A stretch of DNA of 64,000 nucleotides from Gnetum montanum (lineage: Eukaryota > Plantae > Gnetophyta). The position numbers and the translations under genes are program-made. Of this stretch, positions 24,943 to 38,900 are shown one piece after another (the first letter of the stretch is position 1; each line of letters begins with the position of its first letter). Below the pieces are notes generated by a model, which was given only the letters and a program-made list of their open reading frames with translations, did not search any database and was not told the DNA's origin. The stretch is taken from NCBI GenBank assembly GCA_015680685.1, contig MNCI01000270.1:110341-174340 (forward strand). The letters run 5' to 3'.

Positions 24943-27000
24943 ATGTCTTCTTCACATAGGACCAATAATGCATTGTATGATGAAAACACTCATAGGAAAA
25001 ATGGTAGGTTCTATACTGAAGAGAATTGGAGTGAACAACCTCAAGCAAGAGTTTCATATGCTCATTTCGACTCGTACTACATGCAAGGACTACGTTCAAT
25101 TGGTATAAACAATTCTAGAGGAGATGGAATAAGTCTTAGATCAAGAAGGACCTCAAGGTCTAGGACCTCCTGTAAACCTAGAAAAGATAAGTCAAGGCAT
25201 CATGGGGAATACTATAGGAGCCATGGTGATTCTTCCAATTCCTCATCTTCCTCTTTCTCTTCAATGTCTAGTTCTAATGGAGATGAACATAGGTCTAGAG
25301 ATAGAGCTTCACTATGGGGTCAACAAAAAGATAGAAACTGAACCCAAAGGCAAAATCAAAGACATCAAAATGAGCATAGAAGAGATCATTATAATCATAC
25401 AAGTAGAAATAGAAATTATCTCCATGACATGTCTGATGATGGTAAATCCTTGTTGGCTACTAAGGGCATGACGTATATAATAGAGGCAATTAGAATACCC
25501 CATGGGCACTAAAGGGAAAGTTGCATCAAAAGGCTTGATATGAATAATATCCCTAAATTTGCGAGAGGCTATAATTCTAATCCACAACATCACTTTCAAG
25601 CATTTCATGATGCCTGCACCTTGCAAAACATCGAGAGTGGCAAAAGCTTAAGCTTTTTCTTAGGATACTAATAGACAAAGCTGAAGGTTGGCATAGATCG
25701 TTGGAACCAAATTTAATCCATTAATGGTCCACAATGCTGGAAATCTCCAACGAGAAATACCAAACCTATACGAGAGTGTCCAACCTGAGAAAACAAATCC
25801 AAGGATGGAAGTAGGAAAAAAATGAATCCTTGGATGTGGCCTTGGTTAGATACTATTTGCTACTACATAGATGTCCAGGTTATGATTTCTATCAAAAAGA
25901 GTAGCTTTTCCACATCATAGATGGGCTTCATAACCAAACAAGAGAGACCCTTGGGATTTATGTCCAAGGTTGGTTTTTCAAATTAAAAGCCCATTAGATG
26001 CAAAGGCTAATCAGATAGGTGGAAAAAAAAGAAGGAGAGCTATGTAAATGAGAGAATCTAGAGGAATATAACTAGGATCCAACACTTCAAAAGAAAGGGG
26101 TCCATATCTATGATGAGAAAAAAGAGGTAGCTCTTGATCAGGTGATTTCACAACAAACCTTGCTAATATAAAATTCTTTTGCTAAGCTTAAAGCAAGGAT
26201 AGATAAGATGTGGGAGTTGATGAATGAAAAATTCACAACCTACGTGAAAACCATAGAGGAGAAGGTGGCACAAAACAAATCAAGTAATCAAAACAAGAAG
26301 AGGAAAAAGAACAAAGAAGCAGGTAGGAACACTTACTAGCAAAAAGGAAAAATAGTTGTAGTAGAAGAGGCTATAGACTCAACCATGGAAGAGGATGATG
26401 GATGTGACATTTGCTAATATGACCATTCAAAGGGCTATTACCCAGTTATGTTACATCTACAAGATTTTGGGGCTTTGGCTTTGAATCCCAAGTTCATACA
26501 AAAGTAAATGCCTAGGAAATTACCTTACTCACAAGGTAATTATAGACAATCCTACCACCAATCATACTATTTCTGTGGGATGTCTTATCAGCCTCAACAC
26601 TACTATCAACTGTAGTGGCAAAACCCATAGTCAATGGGGATGCCATCAACAAATTAGCAATACCCTGATTACCAACCAGACCCCTATGACTTCTATGTTC
26701 AACAACCTATTTCTCTAGATGGTCCTACTTCCTTGACCTCAAATCACTACTACCACTCTTTCAAATATCATCAACTCACAACATCACCTTTGGGATCACC
26801 ATCTCAAACCTCTTATGCTCTGTGACATCCTCAATATTCTCATACTTCCCTCCACCATATGTCACCACCACCAACAAAGGGAGAATTAGCACCACAACAT
26901 CAATGAAAGAATGTCATTTGTGCTATGAACATACAAGTAAATGATAATGTTAGTAGATCTTAGCTAAAGTCTCAAAAATGTCCTTTCTTTAGGACAATTT
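24943..27000 (+). pseudogene. A2 gag remnant
   Basis: Collinear with A1 gag, e.g. CAAGCATTTCATGATGCCTGCACCTTGCAAAACAT (~25597) vs CAAGCATTTGATGATGCATGTGCCTTGCAAAACAT (~11483). Confidence 0.8.
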
Positions 27001-30000
27001 CCACACATGGGCACAAAACTCATAAACCTACTAGCTAATCAAAACTAGCACAAGGCCAACCAAGTGCAACATCCTTTGTCATCAAAATAATGTCTCCTAA
27101 TTCGATGTAGGAGCCAACACTCGTTACCACTCCAGTGCAAAACATAATAGATAAACCTATTACTATGAAGAGACAAGCAATTCCATGCTTTACTACTGAA
27201 AAAGAAGGATGCAGTTGTGGACTGACCTTCTAGAATGTCAACACAGTCATTACCCTAGTCTAAAAAAAATGTGAAAAAAAGTGTGTGCACAAAAAAGAGT
27301 AGGGGTCACTAAATGAAAAGACACCTGGTGGCCAACAACTAAGAACTTTCAATTATCCAAAACATGCATGGACAAATCTGAAACGCTTATTAATTCCCAT
27401 TCTAAGAAAATGACCCCAACTAAGAACTTACAAATGAAAATACTAAACCACAACCATACACCAATAGAAAGAGGAACTAACTACTTAGATGATCAAAATT
27501 CAATTATCATCAAGATTACATGGGATGATAACCGAAAAACTAAGTCACTAAGGATGGTAAGTAAGAAACCTCAAGTGTATGATCTAGGGAAACTAGGGTT
27601 CATTTTCCAAATACTCACACATGAGTTCAGTTGTGGGGGAGACACTAATCATGATCAAGAAATTAATAAGCATTTTTCAATTTCTTTGTTTTACAATTTC
27701 TTTTTGATTTCTATTTTTTTGTTATGCCTTTTCACATTTCTTACCAATTTACACATTCTTTAATATCTTTTCATTATTTTACATTTTTTTGTTTCTTAAA
27801 CCATTTGCAATTTTTTGATATTTTTTGCTTCTTTTTAATCATTTTTATTCTTAATATCTTTTACAATTTTTCACACTTTATTTACATGCTACTTGTACAT
27901 ATTTCTATCAATTTTGAATAAAACACATTGAATAAAGTAAGATGTAGTCCCAATAAGATGAAGATTTCCCTATGTTATCAAATCATAAGGAATTGATTAT
28001 TTGTATAGTGAGACCACAACATTCACTCATCCATCCATTAATAAGAGGTTCTGACCATGACCATAATGATATTCTTTCCATCATAAAACCAATAATAAAG
28101 TTGTGATCATTATGCCTAGACCGAAAAGTGAAGAACTAAGTGGGAATGCAAAGGGTATGACATCAAGGGGATTTGTGGATTCTCTTGAACAACTACCATA
28201 TGTTCTATCATGTTGCTAAGGTTGTAATTATATCCTTTTAGATCTCACAAAAAATTGGTGTAAGAGTACAATAAGTGCTACATTACCATATCACTAGAAA
28301 GACATGTTACCCATGCTTGAAGGTAGTCCTCTGGTAAGGTTGACGCAAATAAAAATAAACTCCATGCATAGAATAAATTTCTAGGGGTCCCACTAGAAAG
28401 ACATGGTACCCATGCCTGAAGGTAAGTGATTTCATAGGAATCAAAAAATAAAAAAATAAAAGGTGCAATGAATAAACTCCTCCCTTGGACAATATGCCAA
28501 GTGGTAATACTCCTTGCAATAATGGTTGTCTTATAGTTGTAAATCTAAAGCATGAAGCAATCTGATGTCACTAGAAAGTGGTTTGAAGTTGGTTTGAATC
28601 TTGGAAAGAAGGGCTAATGATTACTTTAACTATCAATAACACACAAGGATTTATTATGCCTATGATAAGACACCTCACATCCCAAGTTCAGCAATCCCTT
28701 CTCTAGTCCATCTCACCTCACTGTATATTTAACCATAACTTGTGGTTTTGTATAATATAGTGTTATTTTCTCAATCTAGTGATACTAACATGTGTGTTTT
28801 TCTGGACAGGTATGTCTTACATTGAATTCCTTGAGTGCCTAAGGACACTTTGGGCATCATTACACAAGGTCACTAAGGGCTAGAGCCTACCTTGGGGAGG
28901 ATCCACTTGCATAACTCTTATATTTCATACTTGCCAAGCAATTCCACATCATCTTGTGCCTTCCAAGTTCATCCAAAATCTAATAAATGCTTCCCATAAT
29001 ACCTTGTCCATACATTAGAAATTCATTACCCATCTCTTGTCCATAAAATAAACTTTCAGTGTTCGAGATTCCTTCTTTAGGAACTTTGAATGCTAAATTT
29101 TCAAAAAATGTGCACCATTAATGGCCATGACCCTCTATATAAGCTTTACATCTTTCAAATATTCCATTTGACTCATTTTTCCAAGAAAAATTAGTGAAAA
29201 TTTTGAACTTTTTAATGGTGATGTCATATTTACAATATCGTATGCACCTACAATGCGCTAACTACGATGTATGATCCATGATGTCAAACATTTAAAAATA
29301 GTATATATATGCATAGGAGTTAGTGAAAATTTTCAGTTTTCTCATTTGTAGCAAGAGAAGTTTTTGTAGTTTTTTCCTCAGCCCTCTTGCACACTAGCTT
29401 CCAAAGGCCATAACTTCCCCCTTGTAGCTTTGATTTCTTAAATTATTCAATCTTGTTGATCTTAGAGCTCTTAACTTAATCGTTAGGGGGGAGGGGGTGC
29501 ATTGTGCAATATAAGCAAATAAAAATTTGAAAATTTGATCCAGAAATTCATAATGCCCGAAAGATATTATAAAGGGTAAGTATAAAAAGATAATAAGAAT
29601 CTTAAAGTTAATGAATCGAACTAAGGAGAAAGATTCAGATAATACTCTTAATAGACCATATCAACTATGTTAGGCCATAATAAGCAAGGAAAACTATGGA
29701 AGGTCATAAGTAACTACAATATATAACACTTAAGAGGTTCCTTTTTGAATTTTTTTTGAACTTTGCAATTGTAATAAGATAAGAACTTAATCTACCCAAG
29801 GGTATGAGCAAGGTAAAGAACTATTAAGAAATGATAGGAACACCCTAATAATTTCAAATCCTTGTTGATTGCAGATGGCCCTGAAGAGGATACCAGAAGG
29901 AGACACTGCACAACCGGTAACAAAAGATTAAGAGATTATGGGAGAGATCGAGTGGGGGAACAAACCCCACAAGAAGAACATGTAGAGAAGGAGGCTCAAT

Positions 30001-31242
30001 CATACAATATTCATCAAGAAACTCTTTTTAAAAAGCACTAACCCAAGGGGAGGTAGAAATTCCATAAGAACCTAAACAAGCATGGTGCCTCACGTTGTCA
30101 CTAGATAGCCTCTAGGCCATCCAACAAGATCGATCATGTTCACGATCATTGTGGAATTGAATTTTGCTTCCTTTATGAAAGTTTCTTTAGAAGTAGTGAA
30201 GACACAACTACAAACATCTCCATTATGGCTCACACTAACCAACAGTAGTGAATGAAACTTGGAGAAACCTACCAATTATGGAAAAACAAATAGGCTGATG
30301 CTACAGTGAAAATTGAAGAAGTCTCTTTGCCATACTTAGTAGAAAGAATATATGGAAAAAGAAGATAGGGATAGAAGAGGAGAAAGTTTCCAAAAGCCTA
30401 ATGACAAAGGGAAGAAGCCAATCAAATTGCCACCACCACTGAAAATATGAACTACATCAAGCCACTTCAACTTTTTTTTGTTTTGTCATGTAACCGTGAC
30501 ATTTTTGTACACACCATTGCGACACTTAGAGTCAGTTAGTAGTTGGAGCAAATCAATAATTCCATACCTTTCTAATATTTTTTAAGGAACTTGTTCCTCC
30601 TTTTGTTCACTCAAGGATGAATTTTCATTCAATCGTGGGGGTATGATGAATCATGTTTTTTAGTGACTAAGATATCTTAGCCTTGATATTGGATCTCATG
30701 TACGTTATCAAATATCCAATATTGTGGGATGCATGCCTACCTATAAATACAACACTTGGATGCACGATTTGAATAACTTTCATTCCACCCTTTGGTAGAC
30801 TCTTGAAGTTTCGTTTCATAGTTTTAGCGATAGAGTAAATGCCCACAGTGTGGTGTTGAGCAGTTGTACGGAATATTTATTTAAGTGAAGTGTACTTAGG
30901 CATAGTTCATGTTTGAAAATAAAGAACGAGATTCCTTTTCATCATTATAACATCCACTTAGTTTTACTATTTTACTAAGCATAGTTTTTACTATTTTCTT
31001 AATTTAATCATTTACATTTCTAAGTACTTTACTTTCTTACTCATTAGTAAAGAAGAATGAGTATGACTAGTTTTGAGCATTTAAGTGTAATTGTTTGGTA
31101 ATCCTAGTAGTGTTATTACTTGGTTTTCTTAGTAGCATAACACTTGGTAACCCAATAACAGTTATATGAACCCAAGGCATGTATGATAAGCCACGACCGG
31201 ATGCTCGTCGCTCTAAGCTAGAGTAGATTTATATTACCATCT

Positions 31243-34200
31243 TGTTGTCACATTTAGGCCATTGAATAGAATAGGCTTACATGATAAAATTGGTTAAGAT
31301 TTTTTTTTTGGTGCTCTATTGGTATTCATAGTCATCTATGAATGATTTTGAGTAGTTGTGAGCATAAGGATGAGGTTATGGAAGAAGGGAAATCATTATA
31401 CTCTTACCAAAGATTACAAGCAAGACTTGAGAAAATCAATTATAAAAGCAATTTTAAATATTGCAATATTGAAGACAAGGATACAAAAGTATCAAAGAAT
31501 TTTATATGGAACACCTTACAACAAGCTTAAGCTCAGAGCAAGTATCTAGTTTTTAGATTTTAATCCATGAATGGAAGGAAGCCATATNGAGCAAGTATCT
31601 AGTTTTTAGATTTTAATCCATGAATGGAAGGAAGCCATATTTAAAAAACAAATCACATGCAATAGGTAGTGTAATAGCAGCATAGCTAAATTTGTGAGAA
31701 TGGGCCACTGAAAGCTGTATGTTCAAACAATTTTTATTAGTTTCCTACAACTGTAAAATAAGGATACTGGTAAGGGCAATTTGTCAAACACTTGTCATGT
31801 GCCTTGCATTTGAAATATATCAATCAACATGCCCATATTCAAAATACAAAGAAATCAAAAAATCAAGAATAGGCATTGAATTCATAGCAACGGATAAAAG
31901 AAAAAAAAACACAAGCCAGGTATCAAGAATATGTTAAGATTTTTCTGCCAGTTGCGCTTGGATTGTTACTAACATAGTAACTATAACAGATGGCACTAAA
32001 CAAGTAAGGTCAAAGGGTTTAACAACTAATATTGGCACTTGCATACAAATTAAGAAGAAGAAACATAGGAAGCCCTGTGAGTATTGTTTAAAAATTTTGG
32101 GGACCAAAATTTGGGTTATCATAATCCTAAATTGCATTTGCATTACACTGCTGCATCAGAAAAAAAATCTTTCCTTGTATGAAATCTGTGGCACCCAGTG
32201 AATAAAAAGATTCAAGCCTAGGTGCGCATGCAGGGCACAAAAAGAACCACAAATTTCTACAAAAGAAAATGTAGGAATTAGGTAGCAAAATAGAGTGCAG
32301 AACATGCTAGGAAACAAGCCCTAAAGTAACAAATATAGATAGACAATGCAGTGTGGAGAGCCCATTCAAAAAACAAATCAGGTACACCACAATCACAGCT
32401 GGTGGAGACTATAACAAAAAACTAATCATGGCAGACAAGGGCATCATTATAAAACTTTGATGGAAGCGGCTTAGGATTGCAGCAACTGTGTGTTTTTTTT
32501 TTGGAGTGTGGCACATGGAAGTATCACCAAACGTGGTGGTAGGGTGTTGCTCTGTAGAGATCTCTGGTTGTAGGGGACATGCTAGGTGTTGATCGTAGCA
32601 GCAGTTCTGAATGAGGGTTTCTTGTGGCCTAGTGAAACACATAGGGCACAATTTGTTCACAATGATAGAGATTTTGGATGCAAAGGTTTAGGTAAAATAT
32701 TTCTTTTGGGAATATGACGTGCTACTTTGACATGGTTAAGACCATATAATATTTTACCTTGCTAGCATGGTTAACCCATTGGTCATGTATTGATTAAATT
32801 TTTATATACCATTTGAAAAATTTATGTGAGGGGCTATTGATGGATGGGACACTTGTCAATTATGATAAATATTTTCTAAAATTTGTGATGATCTTCATGA
32901 TATGGCTCCAAAGGACACATTTGGCCACCATACCTAATTTCTCTATGGTAGTCATGATTAAGCTACCTTGAAGATTATAATCACCACATGCTTGACTTTA
33001 TTTTCTATAAGGGTTTAGACTTCCTATGGAAGTTGCAACTACTTATAAAAATATATATGTAATTTGAGAAAATACATGCCAATGTTAGCATGATTTTCTC
33101 CTAACTTGTTGGCAAGTAATGTCTTCTTAACTTGTTGGGCAAGTTGTAACTTCCTAACTTGGTGAACAAGTTATCCAAGATATTTTGTAAATCCTAACTA
33201 CCCATGGAGCACTATAAAAAGGCTTCAGAAGGTAGCTAGAAGGGGCTTTTTGGGGGGAATGCAATGAAAAAAAATGAAAATAAAGAAGACATTTTGAAGA
33301 TTACTTGTTAGATGGCTTGCTAAAGACACCATTTCAGCCGATTTGTTTTAATCGTGTGTGTTATATTCTTCCTGTTTTGTTTAAATTACTTAGCTAGTGG
33401 TTTAGATAGTATCATGCTTGGCATTTAAATTTGAGATTTTTAGATTGCTCTTATAGTTCTTGTTGCATGATAGTAGTTTCCTTTTGAAATCTACCATAGA
33501 AGAGCTTACGTTTAAAAGCCTTAAGAGTGATTTATTATTGAAATTTATTATTATGCAATGTTTAAGAACCACTATTAGGATTGCTATAGGAGAGCCTTTG
33601 CAGTAGACATGCCATTGGGCAACCAATAGTCAAGAGGGTTCAAAAAATCTTTGGTATTTTGATGGGACTGAAATAGCTTCTTTATTTATAAAGTGAGTGT
33701 CATAGTATTTCAATCAGAATTTGTCAAATCTTTTGAAGGTTTTGTTGAATGCAATTGTTGACAACTATTATCTAGCCAAAATAGAGTCTCGTACATAGTA
33801 GTTTACATAGCAATTTTTGGTAGCATAGTAAAATTTGTCTTGAAGAAATTGCTTGTTTGAGCCTAGAAAGTTTGAACAATTTACAGATATTGAATTTGGG
33901 ATAGCTTTATTGTGAAGTGTTTTCTTGTATCAGTTTACCTTATCAAAATATTTGAGATTGTACACAAATCTGCTTTGTTTTCTTTCTTTTTCTAAGTCCA
34001 TTGAATCTCATTCTATTTCTAGTTTTCTTATGGAATTTTTTTGCCTCTCTGGGGAAAATTAGGAGTAGATTGGTAGAATTGCGCTCAAATGTTTCTGCAA
34101 AATTTTATTTGTTATAAGTAGGTATTATAAGGACTGCATAGACTAGGTGATTAGACAAAATAGGAATTTGCATCAATTCACAGTATTTGACAAAGTTTGG

Positions 34201-34402
34201 CCAAATCTCTTTATAATAGCCATTTATAGGTTTTTATATTCAGCCCAACCCTTTCAACATTCACAATAGCAAACACATACTCACGTTTAACCGTTGAGTC
34301 TATTTGGGTGTATCTGGGCCTTGGTGTTGCCAGAGACTAGCAAGCACCTAAACCGTGTTCAAGGACACTCATTGGTGGTCGCATCCTAAATGATCACCAA
34401 CA
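31243..34402 (+). mobile_element. Giant solo-LTR-like unit G4 (3.16 kb) inserted in the A2 3' LTR
   Basis: TGTTGTCACATTTAGGCCATT...GATCACCAACA; TSD CATCT/CATCC, where the A2 5' LTR has a single 5-mer; CTATAAAAA at ~33212. Confidence 0.88.
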
Positions 34403-34789
34403 CATCCTTACTTAGATTTAGGATTAATTTTTATTATCAATTATGATAATTGCTAGGAGTAATTAGGGCCTAACAACATAATTATCATATGTCTCACTTT
34501 GGACTACAGCATATGTGACAAAGCTACCACTAGTCCAAGTGGGAAGATAGTGTCCTACGATCAATGCTTAATAATTTAGATGCCACAACTAGTCCCATTC
34601 ATGGAATTCAACCGAATTATGCATGAATGTTTGTGATTCATATGGTTGGACGTAGGGGTAGCTATCGCCCATCAATCACCACTCAATTGTATCCAATAGA
34701 GTTCACAAGAAGTGTGTTTTTCATTCTCCAGCAATGACGTATTTTCAAAATTATCTAAAAGTGAAGGAACAAATAAATGATATTGGAAA

Positions 34790-35385
34790 TGAAAACTTGC
34801 TTTGGACAAAGATTGCTCAAGGAGAGTGGGAGATGACACCATTGGTTGCCCTGCCATGTCTAGGCAGATAAGAATTATTTAGATGTTACTTAGAAACCTT
34901 TTGGTTGGAGTAAATTATCTACACTGTCATGGACTAGCACATATGGAGCTATGCTTGAAAATTGTTCATATAAGCTATGTAAATAGACATATCTAGGTTG
35001 GAATAGTTGGAAACTTATCTAATTTGTATTGTAAGGATTTCAAAGATAGTACACATGATAATAAAGTTGATAGACAGAAATGTATGATGGCATTTGATGT
35101 TAGGTGTGTGGGTTTCATGATGTCTAAACTCGTATTACTAGAGCTTATGATACCTTCTGTGTTTAGAAAGCTCAATATTTACAAGTGAAGAAAAACAACC
35201 TATCATGTTTATGTGAATATTTGTTGCTAATCATTAGGTAGTATTCTCCGACTGGAAGCATTGATGTGTAGTTGGTTGGATGCCTTTCAACATCCATTTC
35301 TATGTAATCCTCACTGGTTTATGGAACCATAAGTGGACATCATTAGATGTGGTCTTAGATCAATAGTTGTACACATAGTTGAGGT
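34790..35385 (+). pseudogene. Captured kinase-domain fragment of ORG1/FBN11 (PAP14)-like protein
   Basis: LALDKDCSRRVGDDTIGCPAMSRQIRII*MLLRNLLVGVNYLHCHGLAHMEL...MMAFDVRCVGFMMSKLVL...WLDAFQHPFLC...VDIIRCGL. Confidence 0.85.
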
Positions 35386-35394
35386 CCATAATAA

Positions 35395-35510
35395 TGGGAA
35401 ATAATTGTAGGTCGTTAATACTATGTTGGTGAGAGAAGACCATTTTTGTTTCATACCAATAGGAGGTGGGAAGACGTTATGTTACTAGATTCCTACATTT
35501 ACAAAGGTCG
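35395..35510 (+). pseudogene. Captured RecQ helicase fragment (motif 0/I)
   Basis: GK*L*VVNTMLVREDHFCFIPIGGGKTLCY*IP resembles RecQ GRDCFxLMPTGGGKSLCYQIP. Confidence 0.8.
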
Positions 35511-35749
35511 TAGATTATAATTAGAATCATTATTTCAATTTGCAAATAAGAGAAGATTAAAAAATATTATTTTCATCTAGAAAGAAAAACTAATAGATAT
35601 GCAAGATTGACTTACTGGAAACTTGTGTTTTCAAATTATGTGATGGTGTTTTTAATGAAATCAGATGAAATATCTGGGTTAAGAAATTTTTTATGACCTT
35701 CAACCACTGCTACGTTTGGACAGTTCAGAGATTTAGGTGGAAATAACTC

Positions 35750-35938
35750 TTAATGTTGGTGCTAATATTGTTCAAAAGGATTTGTTATCTCCTAATAAAT
35801 TAATAGCTCATAATGCTAGTGGTTGCAGTGAAAAGAATTTTATTTAGTGATTGGAAGACAGGATACAATGCGATGATAGATGCATATGAGAATCTCATGA
35901 ATGCAGGAATCATTGATCCTATGATAATCCCTAGGTGT
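35750..35938 (+). pseudogene. Captured chaperonin-60 alpha C-terminal fragment (part 1)
   Basis: VGANIVQKDLLSPNKLIAHNA.../SDWKTGYNAMIDAYENLMNAGIIDPMIIPRC. Confidence 0.88.
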
Positions 35939-38900
35939 TGTTGATACCAACATGTCCCCTGCTATCGCACGAGGCCATGAATTTTTAGTTTTAATACCAT
36001 GAAAATGTCAAGATCCATCACATATCATCATCCGCATAGTTTATACTAGTATTTCAAAGGCCTTCCTTGGAAAGATAAACGTGAGAACCTAGTGGTTGTT
36101 GGCAAAAAACCTACTTTGATAATCTAAAAATGGTTTGTAACATACTTAAGAAGGAAAACAATATTTCTTCAAGTTTTCAGGGTCTAATTTACTGGTATAG
36201 GAAGCATTATTGGTAATAATTGCTAAATCAACAATTCCAAATTTTGAATTGATCTAAATTAATCAATTAATTAATAAATTAGTTACACCTTGCAAACTTA
36301 TATGTTTTATTCCCATAATAAAAAACTCTTAGAAAATACGATGGTGGTGTTGTGTAGACAATAGCAAGTAGTGGGCATTTAGTAGGGACGTGTAATGTGG
36401 GCAACGTGGGTAATCGATGAGGTGGATGTAACGTATTTTGGTGGATGCAACTGACATGGCAAGGTGGTGAACATGCAGTAATGGTAGAGGGGGACATAAT
36501 TGATGGCATGGTGGAGCAAGTGGATAATGTGGACATTTAAACTCATCAATAGGTAGTGGCTATAAAACTAGTGATAGAGTGTAGCAAAAGGGATATCGAC
36601 CTCCCCCCTTTGTTGCTAGCATATGCAAATATGAAATTGGCAAGGTTTTCTCTCTCTCTCTCTCTAGTGTTGGCAAGAGCACGATAGAGTGATCAACTGA
36701 AGAAGACAAAGGGCATAGAGACGTTGTAAGCAATAGCATCTGTGACAATTCCTAGTGGCTATTGCTTGCATGTGCATTAGTAGGCACGAGCAATGTTGTA
36801 GGTGGCAGGTAATAACCAACCGAAGGAAAGACATCTCCTAGGGCCTCTCTCTCTGGATCTCTCAAGGCACGTGAACTATCTATCCAATGGCAACAGTGCG
36901 TTGGTGAGTAATGATTGCGAGGTAGTAGTAGTAGTGCATTGGCAAGCGATGACAAACAAGTGGCGGTGGTGGTCAACAACTATAGGTGACGTATGGCAAA
37001 GGCTTGTGCATTAGCAATGGTAGTGGTGGTGCACAGTGTCAGTAGCAATGCAAGAGGAGTGACTCGTGCATCAGTAGGTGTGTCAATGGCAACACAGGGC
37101 AATGTGTGATCAGTAGGATCTATTGCAGCAGTTAATGACATGTTGCAGCATGCATGGAATGGTGCATCATGATGCGTAATCAGTAGTGTCTGCTCCAATA
37201 GTTAATGACACGTTGCAACGTGTGGGACATGGCACATGCATTAGCAGGCACGTCAATGGTGGCGCATGATGGTCTACAATCGACAACATCTATTGTAGGC
37301 ATTAGGTTGTGTGTGACAAGCATTGTAGGTAGCACGCAGTAGGTGCAAACGATGGCGACTATGATAGTACATCAAAGACGTGAACAGTAAGCGACCCTAG
37401 GGGTTCTAAGCCTCTCTCTCCTCATGGACATAACCAACAGCAGGGGTAGCATGTCCCTGCGCAAAGGGATTTTTATCCTTATGATAGTAGGATTTTTTGC
37501 CTAGTAGCAACAATGGCGATGCAAAGTGACCACAACAGCAGTAGGTGGTGGTTGTGCACAATGATGAAAGGGGAGGATCCCCATTTAACCGTAATGTCAC
37601 ATAACTCTCTCCAGCTAAGACTATTCTTAGTTTTCCATACTCATATGGGAGGCACCCTAGGCGATAGTCTCCTTAAAGAAGTTTTTTCAGATGTTGGTGC
37701 ATCCAAAATTTATGCATCAACACCTTTTTGGTGCTAGAAGGAGCACTTGTTTCATTTTCTCATCATGTTTCGGAACCTATTTTTTTTGAATGTTTTTGCT
37801 AAAAATCTCTATTTTTTGACCCTTGTTTTGAAAAATCTTTGTTCCTTACTTCTTTATAGCCCCTATTCCTTAAAAAAATTCATTCTACTTTATTTTTTAA
37901 GAATTTTGAGCTCTGTATTTTCTGATTTCAAAAATTCTATTTTTGAAAATTTTCGTTTCTTGTTACTGGAGTCTCATCGTCCATTTCTAATCCTATTTTC
38001 AAATTTATCTTGTAAACTCTCATTTTCAAGTCCTATTTTCAAATTTGTACTCTAGTGGTCCTTACCTTAGCTCCAAATTTGATGAGGTGATTTACATCAT
38101 TTTTCTTTTAATTTAACTTTCTAAAAATCTGCATTTTCTGTTTTATTTGCAATTTTAGCTTTCCTTTTAAAAATTAAAATTAAAAAATATAGTATTTAAA
38201 TATTTCTCTATTTTCTTTAATTTTTAGAAGTTGTTAGTATTTTACATTTCCTGTTATTTTTCATTCTATGAGTGAATCTTCATCTCAATAAAGAGCTTCT
38301 ACTCCTGCCCATAATCAACCAGCTACTCATCATTTCATTTTAAAAAAACAATGAGCCTCACCTTTCCCAAGTCCTATCCCTAGATGAACTCGAACTAGGA
38401 TGGTAGCCAATCAACCTGAGTTTCCTTAATGAGCAACCTCTTTAACTTCACCAACTATCATAATATTCCAAAGTGACTTCAAAACATAAATTTGTTCTTC
38501 GATCCCACAACCCCTACTAGTGATGACTGCCAACATAGACAATGTTTTGAAACCTTCTTAGGAATCCATAACATTATCTAAAATGACATAGCATGTAGGG
38601 TATTTGTGACAACTTTCAGGAGAAAATCCACCTAATGGTTTTTGATGCTCCCAAATGCCTCTATCGACTCATGGAAAGAGTTTAAAAATAAGTTCCTACT
38701 TTAGTTTGATAGGTTCACTAGCCTTGCCATAGCATCAAGCAATTTCACAAGCTTAAGGAAAATACCTAGGGAAAATGTCTGAGATTACAATCTAAGATTC
38801 CTCCATCAACTTGCTTATGTGCCAAGTGAGATGCATCTACAATCTAGTGGCATCCTCAATTTTTAACTATCTACCATTAACCCATTCTTTTCCTATGGCA

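Larger units (their letters stand above)
23950..34674 (+). mobile_element. Athila-like element A2 (gag only, no pol seen)
   Basis: 5' LTR 23950-24817; 3' LTR 30644-34674 split by G4; TSD ATTAC/ATCAC; PBS TGGCATTGTTGCCAAGGA at 24819-24836; gag homologous to A1. Confidence 0.9.

Noticed and set aside
31537-31640. 51-bp direct repeat around a single N
   Set aside because: Typical contig-overlap artefact
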